DNA from: Clostridia bacterium
GTDB taxonomy: Bacteria > Bacillota > Clostridia > UMGS1883
DNA: 64,000 nt
NCBI GenBank assembly: GCA_051866635.1
Contig: JBJDXJ010000038.1
Location: 126,051 to 190,050, forward strand
Direction of reading: 5' to 3'
Part shown: piece after piece, positions 9,325 to 19,833 of the stretch
Layout: the number at the start of each line of letters is the position of its first letter
How positions within the stretch are numbered: the stretch's first letter is position 1
The notes under the pieces: generated by a model
The model's input: only the letters and a program-made list of their open reading frames with translations
What the model was told of the DNA's origin: nothing
Databases searched by the model: none
Translations under genes and position numbers: made by a program

Positions 9325-9901
9325 AATTGTAAGAGAAACGGGAGAAACACAGATAAAAGCGGTTTTAAAAATTGACGGGAAAGGCGAAAGCCGTGTACAG
9401 TCAGGTTGTGGATTTTTAGACCATATGCTGACACTTTTTGCAAAGCACGGAAGGTTTGATCTTAATCTTCAGTGTAAGGGCGATGTGGAGGTTGACTATC
9501 ACCACAGTGTTGAGGATATCGGCATTGTTTTAGGGGACGCATTTAATAAAGCCCTTGGGGATAAGAAGGGCATTACCCGTTACGGCAGTACTATCCTTCC
9601 AATGGACGAAGCACTTATAATGACGGCAGTTGACCTTTCGGGCAGAAGCTATCTTGGATATAACGTAAATATTCCCACTGAAAAGGTAGGGGACTTTGAT
9701 ACCGAGCTTGTGGAGGAATTTTTCTTAGCGTTTACCCGTCAGTGCCGTTGTAATCTTCATATCAATATGCTTTCGGGAACAAATTCACATCATATTATTG
9801 AGGGCATATTTAAATCAGTTGCACGGAGCTTAAAGGCGGCAGTTAAAATTGAAGAAGGCTTCGAGAATGAAATTCCTTCTACTAAGGGAGTGTTAGAATG
9901 A
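9311..9901 (+). CDS. hisB: Imidazoleglycerol-phosphate dehydratase
   Basis: 196 aa. Motifs: GFLDHML, DYHHSVEDIGI, NSHHIIEGIFKS. Confidence 0.95.
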   Translation: MREIEIVRETGETQIKAVLKIDGKGESRVQSGCGFLDHMLTLFAKHGRFDLNLQCKGDVEVDYHHSVEDIGIVLGDAFNKALGDKKGITRYGSTILPMDEALIMTAVDLSGRSYLGYNVNIPTEKVGDFDTELVEEFFLAFTRQCRCNLHINMLSGTNSHHIIEGIFKSVARSLKAAVKIEEGFENEIPSTKGVLE

Positions 9902-10515
9902 TAGCAATTGTAGATTACGGTGTGGGAAATCTCTTTTCACTTAAAAGCTCCTTTGCCGCCATCGGTCAGGATGTTGTTGTGACAGGTGATAAAGAAGAGA
10001 TAAGAAAAGCGGACAAAATTATCCTCCCCGGTGTAGGTGCATTTGAAGATGCGGCAAAAAAACTTAATGATACAGGCTTGGGAGACGTTGTACGGGAAGA
10101 AGCAAAGAAAGGCAAGTGGGTAATGGGCATATGCCTTGGTATGCAGCTTTTGTTTGAAAAAAGCTATGAATACGGCGAACATAAGGGTCTGGGTCTTATT
10201 GAAGGGGAAATTGTTGCCATTGAAAATGTTATTCCAAAGGGCTATAAAATCCCACATATAGGATGGAATTCATTAAAGTTCACAGACAAAAAAAGTGAAA
10301 TTTTCAAATATATAAAAGACGGGGACTATGTGTACTTTGTTCACTCTTACTATGGTGCAAATTGCGACAAGTACGTAACAGCCACAAGTGAATACGGATA
10401 CCCCCTTACAGCATCCGTACAAAAGGGCAATGTGTTCGGCTGTCAGTTCCACCCCGAAAAAAGCGGCGAAGTGGGGCTTAAAATCCTGAAGGCGTTTTCG
10501 GAAGGTGAGGGATAA
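9898..10515 (+). CDS. hisH: Imidazole glycerol phosphate synthase, glutaminase subunit
   Basis: 205 aa. Motifs: LPGVGAF, GICLGMQLL, QFHPEKS. Confidence 0.95.
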   Translation: MIAIVDYGVGNLFSLKSSFAAIGQDVVVTGDKEEIRKADKIILPGVGAFEDAAKKLNDTGLGDVVREEAKKGKWVMGICLGMQLLFEKSYEYGEHKGLGLIEGEIVAIENVIPKGYKIPHIGWNSLKFTDKKSEIFKYIKDGDYVYFVHSYYGANCDKYVTATSEYGYPLTASVQKGNVFGCQFHPEKSGEVGLKILKAFSEGEG

Positions 10516-10517
10516 TC

Positions 10518-11231
10518 ATGTATATATTTCCTGCTATTGATTTATACGAAAAAAAGGCGGTCCGTCTTTTAAAGGGCGAATATGACCGCATGGATATTTA
10601 CAGCGAAAATCCCTTGGAAATTGCTGAGGATTTTAAAAATCAAGGGGCAAAGCATATTCACATAGTTGACCTTGAAGGTGCAAAGGACGGCACAACACCT
10701 AATATTGACGTGATTAAGTCAATATGCGAAAAAAGCGGTCTTTTCTGTGAAGTGGGCGGCGGCATAAGAAGCATGGAGGTTATTGAAAAGTATGTAGAAG
10801 CAGGGGTTGGCCGTGTTATTTTGGGAACTGCCGCAGTAAACGACGAGGATTTTTTAAGAAAAGCACTTGATAAATACGGAGACAAAATTGCGGTAGGCGT
10901 TGACATTAAAGACGGATTTGTGGCAATAAAGGGATGGACCGAAAAATCACAGTATAGCTTTATGGACTTTTGCAAAAAGATGGAACAAATGGGTGTAAAA
11001 GTCATTATCTGTACTGACATTTCAAAGGACGGAGCCATGGAGGGTACAAACCATGCTCTGTATAAAGAGCTTTCGGAAAAGCTGAATGTGAAAATTACGG
11101 CGTCAGGCGGCGTAAGCAGTATTGAAGATGTGAAGAAGCTCCGCACTCTTAATATATACGGTGCAATTATCGGTAAGGCTTACTACATCGGAGCTATAAA
11201 TCTTAAAGAAGCAATTGAGGTGGCAGAATGA
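10518..11231 (+). CDS. hisA: ProFAR isomerase
   Basis: 237 aa. Motifs: IFPAIDL, VGGGIRS, ASGGVSS. Confidence 0.93.
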   Translation: MYIFPAIDLYEKKAVRLLKGEYDRMDIYSENPLEIAEDFKNQGAKHIHIVDLEGAKDGTTPNIDVIKSICEKSGLFCEVGGGIRSMEVIEKYVEAGVGRVILGTAAVNDEDFLRKALDKYGDKIAVGVDIKDGFVAIKGWTEKSQYSFMDFCKKMEQMGVKVIICTDISKDGAMEGTNHALYKELSEKLNVKITASGGVSSIEDVKKLRTLNIYGAIIGKAYYIGAINLKEAIEVAE

Positions 11232-11986
11232 TTACAAAAAGAATTATCCCCTGCCTTGACATAAGAGACGGGCGTGTTGTAAAGGGCGTTAACTTTGAAG
11301 GGTTAAACGATGTTTCAAACCCTGTTGAGCTTGCAAAATTCTACAGCGATAACGGTGCAGACGAATTAGTGTTTTATGATATAACTGCATCTGCCGAGGG
11401 CAGAGGGCTTTTCACCGATATACTTTGCCTTGTTGCAAAAACAATCTTTATCCCGCTAACTGTTGGCGGAGGAATCAATACAGTGGAGGACTTTGACCGT
11501 GTTTTAAAATGTGGTGCCGATAAAGTCAGCGTCAATTCAGGTGCCATTAAAAATCCCGACCTTATTTATAATGCGGCAAAGCTTTATGGTGACCAGTGCG
11601 TTGTTATAAGTGCCGATGTGAAAAGGGTTGATGGTGTGTTCCGTGTATTTGCCAAAGGTGGCCGTGAAAATACAGGTATGGAAGCTATCGAGTGGATAAA
11701 AAGGTGCGTAGGTAACGGAGCAGGCGAGGTTGTGTTAAACTCCATAGATACCGATGGTGTAAAGGAAGGCTTTGACCTTGAAATGTTAGATAAGGTTTGT
11801 AATGCTGTTAACGTACCTGTTATTGCATCGGGCGGTGCCGGCAAAATGGAAGATTTTGAAATTCTGTTTAAATCAATCCCAAAGGTAGATGCAGGGCTTG
11901 CGGCATCTATATTCCATTTTGGTGAAGTGGATATTAAAGAGCTTAAACAATTTCTTAAATCAAAAGATATTCAGATGAGAATTTGA
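11228..11986 (+). CDS. hisF: Imidazole glycerol phosphate synthase, cyclase subunit
   Basis: 252 aa. Motifs: [20 protein letters not shown]. Confidence 0.95.
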   Translation: MITKRIIPCLDIRDGRVVKGVNFEGLNDVSNPVELAKFYSDNGADELVFYDITASAEGRGLFTDILCLVAKTIFIPLTVGGGINTVEDFDRVLKCGADKVSVNSGAIKNPDLIYNAAKLYGDQCVVISADVKRVDGVFRVFAKGGRENTGMEAIEWIKRCVGNGAGEVVLNSIDTDGVKEGFDLEMLDKVCNAVNVPVIASGGAGKMEDFEILFKSIPKVDAGLAASIFHFGEVDIKELKQFLKSKDIQMRI

Positions 11987-12000
11987 AAGAGGTAATTAGA

Positions 12001-12648
12001 ATGATAAATATAGATGAACTTAAGTTTGACGAAAAGGGCTTAATCCCTGCAATTGTGGTGGATAGTATTTCAAAAAAGGTTTTGACATTAGCTTACATGA
12101 ACCGTGAAAGCCTTGAAATTTCAATGGAAAAGGGGCTTACCTGTTTTTACAGCCGTTCAAGGCAGGAGCTGTGGTTAAAGGGCGAAACAAGCGGAAATTA
12201 TCAGCACATTGTGTCAATCACGGCAGATTGCGACTGCGATGCTTTGGTAGTTGAGGTTGAAAAGGACGGCCCTGCGTGCCATAAGGGAACAGACAGCTGT
12301 TTTACTAATGAAGTGTGGGAAAGCGAAAGTTTGCAGTCCTTTTCTCTTGAAAGCCTTATGACATTAATCAAAGGCAGAAAGACAGAAAAAAAAGAAGGCA
12401 GTTATACAACATACCTTTTTGAAAAGGGTATTGATAAAATTCTCAAAAAAGTTGGCGAGGAATGTACCGAGGTTATTATCGGTGCAAAAAGTAACGACAA
12501 AAAGGAAACAATATACGAAATTGCGGACCTTACATACCATGTAATGGTTCTTATGATAGAAATGGGCATCAGCTTAGAGGATATCCATAATGAGCTTAAG
12601 TCCCGTCATGTTATTGACAAAAAGGTTAAGCAGGAGAAAATGGTGTAA
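12001..12648 (+). CDS. hisIE: Bifunctional phosphoribosyl-AMP cyclohydrolase / phosphoribosyl-ATP pyrophosphatase
   Basis: The ORF runs 11983..12648. The likely start is ATG 12001, with AAAGAGGT 7 nt upstream. HisI motif: [20 protein letters not shown]. HisE-like tail: [21 protein letters not shown]. Confidence 0.9.
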   Translation: MINIDELKFDEKGLIPAIVVDSISKKVLTLAYMNRESLEISMEKGLTCFYSRSRQELWLKGETSGNYQHIVSITADCDCDALVVEVEKDGPACHKGTDSCFTNEVWESESLQSFSLESLMTLIKGRKTEKKEGSYTTYLFEKGIDKILKKVGEECTEVIIGAKSNDKKETIYEIADLTYHVMVLMIEMGISLEDIHNELKSRHVIDKKVKQEKMV

Positions 12649-13364
12649 TGAAGGATTTACATGTGCACACAACCTTCTGTGACGGGAAAAATACACCTGA
12701 AGAAATGGTAATTCAGGCAATTGAAAAAGGCATTGAAACAATCGGTTTTTCCGCACATTCTTATACCTTTTTTGATGAAAGCTATTGCATGAAAAAGGAA
12801 AGGTATAAGGAATATAAAGCTGAAATTAAAAGATTGCAGGAAAAATACCGTGGTAAAATAGAAATCCTTTTAGGCATTGAACAGGACTTTTATTCCGATG
12901 CATCTACAGAAGGCTTTGACTATGTGATAGGGTCGGTCCATTATTTAAAGAAAAACGGCAAGTATCTGCCCATAGATGAAAGCGAAGAAATATTTATAGA
13001 TATTGTAAAGAATTATTACAATAATGACTTTTATCTTTTGGCAGAGGATTATTTTGACACGGTTTCCTCTGTTGTGGAAAAGACAGGTGCCGATATTATA
13101 GGCCATTTTGACCTTATAACAAAGTTTAACGAAAAAAACCGCCTTTTTGACGAAGGCGATGAAAGGTATGTAAAAGCATATAAAAAAGCGGTGGACAAAC
13201 TTATTGAAACGGGAAAGGTTTTTGAAATAAATACAGGTGCTATTTCCCGTGGGTACAGAACAACACCTTACCCTTCTGAAGATATATTAAAATATATCTT
13301 ACAAAAGGGCGGCAGGACAATGGTAAACAGCGACAGCCATAGTGTGGATGGATTGGGCATGTAA
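12648..13364 (+). CDS. PHP-family histidinol phosphatase
   Basis: 238 aa. Motifs: DLHVHTTFCDG, SAHS, GSVHY, IGHFD. It is the last gene of the his operon and completes the pathway. Confidence 0.85.
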   Translation: MKDLHVHTTFCDGKNTPEEMVIQAIEKGIETIGFSAHSYTFFDESYCMKKERYKEYKAEIKRLQEKYRGKIEILLGIEQDFYSDASTEGFDYVIGSVHYLKKNGKYLPIDESEEIFIDIVKNYYNNDFYLLAEDYFDTVSSVVEKTGADIIGHFDLITKFNEKNRLFDEGDERYVKAYKKAVDKLIETGKVFEINTGAISRGYRTTPYPSEDILKYILQKGGRTMVNSDSHSVDGLGM

Positions 13365-13400
13365 AAGGCTATGACAAAATGAAATGGAGGAAAATATAAT

Positions 13401-16400
13401 ATGCTTAAGAAAATTGTTTCACTTATTACAGCACTTTCAATGCTGTGTGGAATTATACCAATTGTGACGGTTATGGCAGACGAAGAAGTTACTTCAAACA
13501 AATATCAGGTAATTGAAGATATGTTTGTAGTTGACAATACGGTTTGGGGAATTAATACAACCAATGCAAACAATATCTTTGTTGCAGCGGGGCCTGATGA
13601 GAACAGAGCACCTGTTACAGACAATAAGGGTGACCCCTTGAGAGGGGAAGCAGACCCTTCTACACTGGGAAAATCACGAGTTGGATTTTTCCAATTCCCT
13701 GTAGCAGAAGTAGGAAACAATCAGAGGGCTTTTGCGAGATTTTATGTAAGGCAATGGCATTCAAACACATTCTCTAACGGCAATAGTTCCATACGTTTTG
13801 CAGTATATGCTGTCAATGATGATAGTTGGACAACTCTTTCGGACGGCGGATATTATGACAGTGCAAATGCACCGCTGTTAGAGTCCTACAGCGACCCTTT
13901 ATTTTCTTATGCAGCAACAAAAGAAGATGAATATATAACTTTTGATGTTACGGAAATTATGCGTGCGGCACAAAAAGAAAACCTTTCAACAATTACATTA
14001 AGACTTAATGCTGCGTGGGGTGCGGCATTTATTGTTGAAAGAGAAGCTTGTACTGGTGGCACGACATACGAAGGAAAGGAAGCTTGTATTTTAGTTAGCG
14101 ACAATGTGATGATAAACGGTTCTTTTGAGGATGAGGATGGAAACTTTTCTCTTGAAGGATGGAATAGTGCCAGTACAGGAGAAACACTTGGAAGTCCCTT
14201 TTCTACTGACCATTTTTATGCCGTTAATTCAACCTCTGTAATTTTAAACAATGTTGAAACTTCATACTCTACAACAATTCCTGATGGGAAATGGGCGTTA
14301 GGCACTCATTATAATCATGGTGCAAATGGATTATGTTCCATTAAACGCTATGTTCCTGTTAAAAGCGGAAGAACATATTTGATTACATATAAGGTAAAAT
14401 CCGGTGTTGGAAGTAATGGCGAATATATAAAAACCAGTTTGGTTGCAGATACAGATTCAGGTGAATCAAACACTACAGCTGCAGGTTCGATTGGTACACA
14501 ATGGAAAGAAGTAACACGAATATTTGAAGCTACAGATGATACCGACAATGTTCTTTTTTGGTTTCGCTGGTTAGGCGGAGGATCTAATTCCGGAGATGGA
14601 CCATACTACATCTTTGATGATTTTGGAATTTATGAGATAACAGCAGAAACAGCTAGTACTATAGAAACGCCCAGTGTCATAGAATCATTGGGAGGAGAAG
14701 TTCTTTGGGCTTGCCCAGAAGGAAGCTTCAACGACACCGCTATCGGTACTGCATTTCCCGGTTGGTCATCCAGCGTTACAAGCGGTTATGTTAACGTTAA
14801 AACGTATGACGTGGGCAATACAATTCAGTATTATACAAACGGAAGTACAGAAAATGTTACAACAATTACATCTCCCGGATACGGCGGTGATGGCGAGGAT
14901 GCCATAATTATCGAGTGGAAGATGAAGAGGCAAAATCCTTCCGATTTGTACTTTGACTTCTCCTTCACAGATAAAAACGGCGAAGAAATTGCCTTTTTAA
15001 AGTTCGATAAAAACTATACATCTGTTACAGATGAATATTACATGGGCTATCCTAAAGAAGGTACAGACTGTGCGATTGTTGCAACAAATAATGGTGATGG
15101 CACACATAATGTGGAGTATTATGTAGCCGGTTCTGTTGTATCTGCACTTGCAAATAAAGAGGGTGAAATCTCCGGATTCGGCGGTATCACGTCTTCCGGC
15201 GGTCGTTATTCGAATGCTTGGCAGCATATCGGTTTTGCAAACCTTAGAATAGGAATGGTAAATGATGCTGAGATTCTTTCTGTTGAAGTCATTGACGAAG
15301 ATGGTAATATAGTTAAAGACGGTTACAGTATCAATTGGTATGAAAAAGACAGTTATGATTTGATTGCCACAGGAAAAACCTTTGTGGTGCCAAATGATGA
15401 GAAAGAATATGAATATGTAGTGATTCTTGATAAAGATACAAGCTTTTTGTATTATCAGCCTGTAAGGGCAGCAGCGGAGGAAGCCAATACAGTTGTACTT
15501 GAAAAGTTAGATACAGTCACTGTATATGGTAAGGTTACAAATGAAGCTGATGAAGCGATAAGTGATGCAGAGATTTTATTTGAACAAACTTCAAATGGCT
15601 ACATAAGAGAAACTTCCGTAACTACAGGTGCAGATGGTAGGTTCAGCTGTGAAATATTAAAAGCTTCGGCAACTGTCAGATATTCTGCCACAGGGTACTA
15701 TTCGTCAAAAAGACTTATTAAGAGCGAAGCTATAGAGAGCAATGATGTTAACCTCGGAACAGAAGTGATGGAGCTTTTGCCTGACAATAAAATATTGCTT
15801 TCTCTTTACGAAAAGAGAGTGGAGTCAGATATTAAAACAAGTATTGCTGCAAGTGCAAACATAAACTTTGAAATATATAATGCTACACAAAATTGTAGCG
15901 TAACTGACTTTGAGGTGCAGCATCAGTATATTTATCTTACGGATGAAAAAGTAAACGCTTATGATACGCTTACAATAACTGCAACAGATGACTTTGGCAA
16001 AAACAAAGCAGAAAGTGTTACAATTACCTTAACCGATACAAAGAGCGGATCTGTTGAAATAACATTTATACAGCGAGGTAAATTCAAGGCGGAAACAGTT
16101 ACAGGCAACGATGAAAATATTGTAATGATTTTTGACCAGGCAGGGAAATTTGTTTCATCCCACACGGTTAAAGATAAATATACAAGTGACAGCTTGAATG
16201 ACGGCATTTACACCCTTGTGTTTATGAAGAAAACGAACCTTTTGAGAAGTGTTGCAACTATTGAAAAGCTTAATGAAATTGGCTTGACGGAAGGCGAAGA
16301 TTACAACGTCTATACCGTGGATATTACCCATGACAATGTAAGCGTGATTGAGTTGGTTGAAGTTCCTGAGATAGACGAAGAAAAGCTCTATTATACATCC

Positions 16401-19181
16401 GAGGCACAGGTTTCATCTTCTTACAGTAAATTGGCTGTGGGTAGGTTAACTCAGATTAAGGCGACATATACCATTGATGAAAAACACAGTGCATACGGAC
16501 AGAAGGTTAGTGTTGATTTGCCGGAGGGTGTTGTCCTTGTAGAAGGTAGTATAGCTACGGACGGTAAGAGGTCTGCATATACATATGAAAACAATACTGT
16601 TATTGTAAGCACAAATAAGAGAAGCAGTGTTGTGCGGTTTTATGTATTTGCCACAGAAGGCGGAGATTATGCCGTAGAAGCGTATTTGTCCTGCACGGCT
16701 GACGGAAATGATATACTTCAGCCTTTAGGCTCAGCAAGCTTTACCGCTACTGCCTCTGAAATTGTCATGAAAGAATATACCTCAAGCAAACATGTTCCTA
16801 TATCAGGTGTAGTGACACCTAACAGTACAGTTGTGATATATGATAATAACGAGCCTGTAGGCGAAACAACGGCAAATTCCGTTGGCAGCTGGAGATTCTT
16901 GCTTGAACTAAATGATACAGAAGAGTTAGGATACCATGAGGTTTATGCAACCGTGTCAAATAATTACGGCGGTATACCGATTAAAACTGAAACAAATGTG
17001 CTTATATATGTTAATGATTACGCTGAGCCAGTGAATATGGAGATGATATATAGAAGAAATGTTTTAAAATATAATTTTTCTGATTTTGAAGATAACATAC
17101 CTTACTATAGTTATGTCCCCGGGAGCTCTTCATTTACATTCAAGGTGGAATTTGAAGGCAATAACTCTTTGGTGAAAGAAGCGGGTGTGGTTACTACAGG
17201 TAAAGACGGTGAAAAAACCTATGTTTCACTTGCTTTTGATGAGGAAACAGGTTTGTGGGTAGGTACGCATAATTATAGAAATTATAATGATACCCCGTCC
17301 GCATGTTATGTTACATGGAAAACCAATGAAAAATGGTGGGAAAAATATGTAGAACAAGAAGCGTCGGATGCTGATGAGGCTGATTTATTCGGCGAAAAGG
17401 GACTGATAAAATCTTTTATGGATTTCTTTACCCATAAGGAGGATTATGATAAAGAAGTTCTGAAATATGAGGAATGTACAAATGAAACCAAACGCTATTA
17501 TGTTGAAGCTGCAAATGCTGTAAGAGCTTATTATAACAACTGCTGTTGTGTATGTGCACAAGCAAATATAAAAGAAGAGATAGATCAAGCACTGATAGCA
17601 GTTGAGTGCTCAGGTCATCCGGAGCAAATTTTAAATAAGTATAAAAATAAGCAATCTCCTACTTGTGACAAAACATGTACATGCAAACACGGCTGTCACT
17701 CAAGCACACCTGAGAAAAAAACAAAAAGCAGTCTTGACCCTGCAGGATATGTATGCGAAGCAGTACCCTCCAACCGTCTTGAAGGTGTAACAGCTACCGC
17801 ATATTGGCTGACGGAAATTTATGATGAGTATGGCGAGCCTACCGGTGAAACAGAGCTTACAAAGTGGGACGCCGGAAGTTATGACCAGGCAAATCCCCTT
17901 GTAACAAACGTAAACGGAGAATACTCATGGTTTGTACCGGAGGGAAGTTGGCTTGTAAAGTATTCAAAGGAGGGCTATTTTGATACGGACAGTACTCTTA
18001 ACTCTGCAGCTGATGAAGACGGATTCTTGCCTGTCCCACCACCGCAGACAGAAGTGAACGTAGCGATGGTTTCCATGCTGGCACCCGAGGTTAAGAACAT
18101 AAATGCGTATAACGACGGTATACGAATCGAGTTTACGCAGTATATGGATACGGACAGTGTAAATACTGATAATATAACGGTGAAGATTGACGGTGCGGAA
18201 GTTTTGGGAAGTATAGAACCTGTTAATAATGAAACTTCTTTTGATGATGAGGGTATTGAGTATGCGAGCATATTCAATTTTGTACCCGATAGTAATATCA
18301 AAGGTTCTGTTACAGTTGATATAAGAAATGTTATAAACTATGCGGGAAAGAAAATTGAAAAAATATACAGCGGAGTGCACAACATAGTTGTAAAGCCTGA
18401 AAGTATTGAAGCAATTGAAAATATAAGCATTAAGTACAACTCAACTGTATCTTTGGAGGCATTTATACTGCCTGTGGGAGCGAAAGGTACAATTAATGTG
18501 ACAAGCTCATCTCCAAGCGTGGCAGAAGCTGTGGAAAGCACTGTTACAACAGATGGAAACGGCAAAGCAGTAATAGTGATTAAGGGAAAGCTTCCCGGAA
18601 CTGCTGAAATTCTGCTTGAATTGGAAGGTACAGACATTTCCGCTACTGTTAATGCAGTGGTTGAGAATGTAATTTCCGGCGTTGATAGATGTGGCAGAGT
18701 TGCGGCGGATATAGAAAGTGGCAATGCTGTGGAAAAAAGAAGTGTTGTTACCCTTTCTACAACTACGGAAGGTGCGAATATTTATTACACCCTTGATAAG
18801 TCAGACCCGTCCGATGAAGGAAATGCAAAAAGAATAAAGTATACCGATCCTATAACAATTACAGAAGATACTTTTATAATTGCATATGCAACAAAGGATG
18901 GTTTTGAAGACAGTGCAATGACAAGCTTTATATATACAATAGACCGCAAGGTAGCTATTGTTAAGATAGAGGACTTTGCAGACAGTGAAAACACTGTTGT
19001 TGTGGCAGCATTCTCGAAAGACGGAGAGCTTTTGGAATATGCTGTTATAGGACAGTCTGATAAGGAATTCGGTGAAGTAAGGCTTGAAGCGGAAAAAGAA
19101 ATTAATCTTATTAAGATTATGGAGTGGAGCAGCTTTGAACAGATGATTCCGACAAGAGAAAGTACAGTTATTGAAAACTAA
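13401..19181 (+). CDS. Giant secreted multidomain surface protein (CBM-like, carboxypeptidase-regulatory-like, Big_2-like and chitobiase/Fn3-associated-like modules)
   Basis: 1926 aa with a signal peptide (MLKKIVSLITALSMLCGIIPIVTVMA). Repeated beta-sandwich-like modules include GKVTNEADEAISDAEILFEQ...GADGRFS. There is a Big_2-like stretch (GTINVTSSSPSVAEAV...GTAEILLEL) and an NIYYTLDKSDPS module. No catalytic motif was recognised. Confidence 0.6.
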   Translation: MLKKIVSLITALSMLCGIIPIVTVMADEEVTSNKYQVIEDMFVVDNTVWGINTTNANNIFVAAGPDENRAPVTDNKGDPLRGEADPSTLGKSRVGFFQFPVAEVGNNQRAFARFYVRQWHSNTFSNGNSSIRFAVYAVNDDSWTTLSDGGYYDSANAPLLESYSDPLFSYAATKEDEYITFDVTEIMRAAQKENLSTITLRLNAAWGAAFIVEREACTGGTTYEGKEACILVSDNVMINGSFEDEDGNFSLEGWNSASTGETLGSPFSTDHFYAVNSTSVILNNVETSYSTTIPDGKWALGTHYNHGANGLCSIKRYVPVKSGRTYLITYKVKSGVGSNGEYIKTSLVADTDSGESNTTAAGSIGTQWKEVTRIFEATDDTDNVLFWFRWLGGGSNSGDGPYYIFDDFGIYEITAETASTIETPSVIESLGGEVLWACPEGSFNDTAIGTAFPGWSSSVTSGYVNVKTYDVGNTIQYYTNGSTENVTTITSPGYGGDGEDAIIIEWKMKRQNPSDLYFDFSFTDKNGEEIAFLKFDKNYTSVTDEYYMGYPKEGTDCAIVATNNGDGTHNVEYYVAGSVVSALANKEGEISGFGGITSSGGRYSNAWQHIGFANLRIGMVNDAEILSVEVIDEDGNIVKDGYSINWYEKDSYDLIATGKTFVVPNDEKEYEYVVILDKDTSFLYYQPVRAAAEEANTVVLEKLDTVTVYGKVTNEADEAISDAEILFEQTSNGYIRETSVTTGADGRFSCEILKASATVRYSATGYYSSKRLIKSEAIESNDVNLGTEVMELLPDNKILLSLYEKRVESDIKTSIAASANINFEIYNATQNCSVTDFEVQHQYIYLTDEKVNAYDTLTITATDDFGKNKAESVTITLTDTKSGSVEITFIQRGKFKAETVTGNDENIVMIFDQAGKFVSSHTVKDKYTSDSLNDGIYTLVFMKKTNLLRSVATIEKLNEIGLTEGEDYNVYTVDITHDNVSVIELVEVPEIDEEKLYYTSEAQVSSSYSKLAVGRLTQIKATYTIDEKHSAYGQKVSVDLPEGVVLVEGSIATDGKRSAYTYENNTVIVSTNKRSSVVRFYVFATEGGDYAVEAYLSCTADGNDILQPLGSASFTATASEIVMKEYTSSKHVPISGVVTPNSTVVIYDNNEPVGETTANSVGSWRFLLELNDTEELGYHEVYATVSNNYGGIPIKTETNVLIYVNDYAEPVNMEMIYRRNVLKYNFSDFEDNIPYYSYVPGSSSFTFKVEFEGNNSLVKEAGVVTTGKDGEKTYVSLAFDEETGLWVGTHNYRNYNDTPSACYVTWKTNEKWWEKYVEQEASDADEADLFGEKGLIKSFMDFFTHKEDYDKEVLKYEECTNETKRYYVEAANAVRAYYNNCCCVCAQANIKEEIDQALIAVECSGHPEQILNKYKNKQSPTCDKTCTCKHGCHSSTPEKKTKSSLDPAGYVCEAVPSNRLEGVTATAYWLTEIYDEYGEPTGETELTKWDAGSYDQANPLVTNVNGEYSWFVPEGSWLVKYSKEGYFDTDSTLNSAADEDGFLPVPPPQTEVNVAMVSMLAPEVKNINAYNDGIRIEFTQYMDTDSVNTDNITVKIDGAEVLGSIEPVNNETSFDDEGIEYASIFNFVPDSNIKGSVTVDIRNVINYAGKKIEKIYSGVHNIVVKPESIEAIENISIKYNSTVSLEAFILPVGAKGTINVTSSSPSVAEAVESTVTTDGNGKAVIVIKGKLPGTAEILLELEGTDISATVNAVVENVISGVDRCGRVAADIESGNAVEKRSVVTLSTTTEGANIYYTLDKSDPSDEGNAKRIKYTDPITITEDTFIIAYATKDGFEDSAMTSFIYTIDRKVAIVKIEDFADSENTVVVAAFSKDGELLEYAVIGQSDKEFGEVRLEAEKEINLIKIMEWSSFEQMIPTRESTVIEN

Positions 19182-19211
19182 AAAGATAAATCTTTGTAAT
19201 TAACCAGAAAT

Positions 19212-19281
19212 CAAAAATCCGTATTTCTGAAAAGGCTAATTTTATCATACATTTTAGCCTTTACAGGGATACGGATTTTTG
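19212..19281. terminator. Nested bidirectional hairpin between convergent genes
   Basis: The outer 13-bp stem is caaaaatccgtat / atacggatttttg. It encloses an inner stem aaaggctaa / ttagccttt. Confidence 0.6.
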
Positions 19282-19349
19282 TATAATTTTATAAAAGGTT
19301 TATGTAAACCAAAATGAAGTTTACCCAAAATCGGGGATTTTTTAATTTT

Positions 19350-19829
19350 TTACTTATGGTAATTTTCATTTGCATTAATCTTAAAACTGCGGTAAATTTG
19401 CTCGGTCAGCATAAGGCGTGCAAGGTTATGTGGGAAGGTCATTTGAGACATACTCAGTTTTAAGTTGCTTCTTTCTTTAACCTTACTGTCTAAACCTAAA
19501 CTTCCACCTATTACAAATACAATTGATGATGTTGTCATAAAAATATCGGACAGCTTTTTTGCAAAGTCACAGCTTCCCATTTGTTTGCCTTCAATACACA
19601 TTGAAATAACATAGTCGCCTTTGTCAATTTTAGATAAAATATCATTTCCCTCTTTGGCTAAAACTGCCGCTTCCTCTGAGGGTGATGGGTTGTCGGGGAT
19701 AGGGCGGTCGTTTATTTCAACAGTTTTAAATTTGCAAAAACGAGAAAGACGCTTCTCATATTCAACCAAAGCGTCTTTAATAAACTTTTCTTTAATTTTA
19801 CCTACATAAATAACAGTAACATCAGCCAT
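19350..19829 (-). CDS. rlmH: 23S rRNA (pseudouridine1915-N3)-methyltransferase
   Basis: The ORF runs 19350..19880. The likely start is the Met of MADVTVIYVGKIKEKF, giving 159 aa. It has a SPOUT fold tail (FVIGGSLGL ... MTFPHNLARLMLTEQIYR). Confidence 0.9.
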   Translation of the reverse strand: MADVTVIYVGKIKEKFIKDALVEYEKRLSRFCKFKTVEINDRPIPDNPSPSEEAAVLAKEGNDILSKIDKGDYVISMCIEGKQMGSCDFAKKLSDIFMTTSSIVFVIGGSLGLDSKVKERSNLKLSMSQMTFPHNLARLMLTEQIYRSFKINANENYHK

Positions 19830-19833
19830 TTGT

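Noticed and set aside
10658-11146. A 162-aa antisense ORF inside hisA. Similar antisense ORFs lie at 23891-24391, 29385-29981, 32046-32570, 40995-41417, 43831-44274, 45284-45706 and 49129-49689.
   Set aside because: Each lies entirely within a confidently identified gene on the opposite strand. Each also has a low-complexity, Ser/Pro/Phe-rich composition typical of shadow ORFs.
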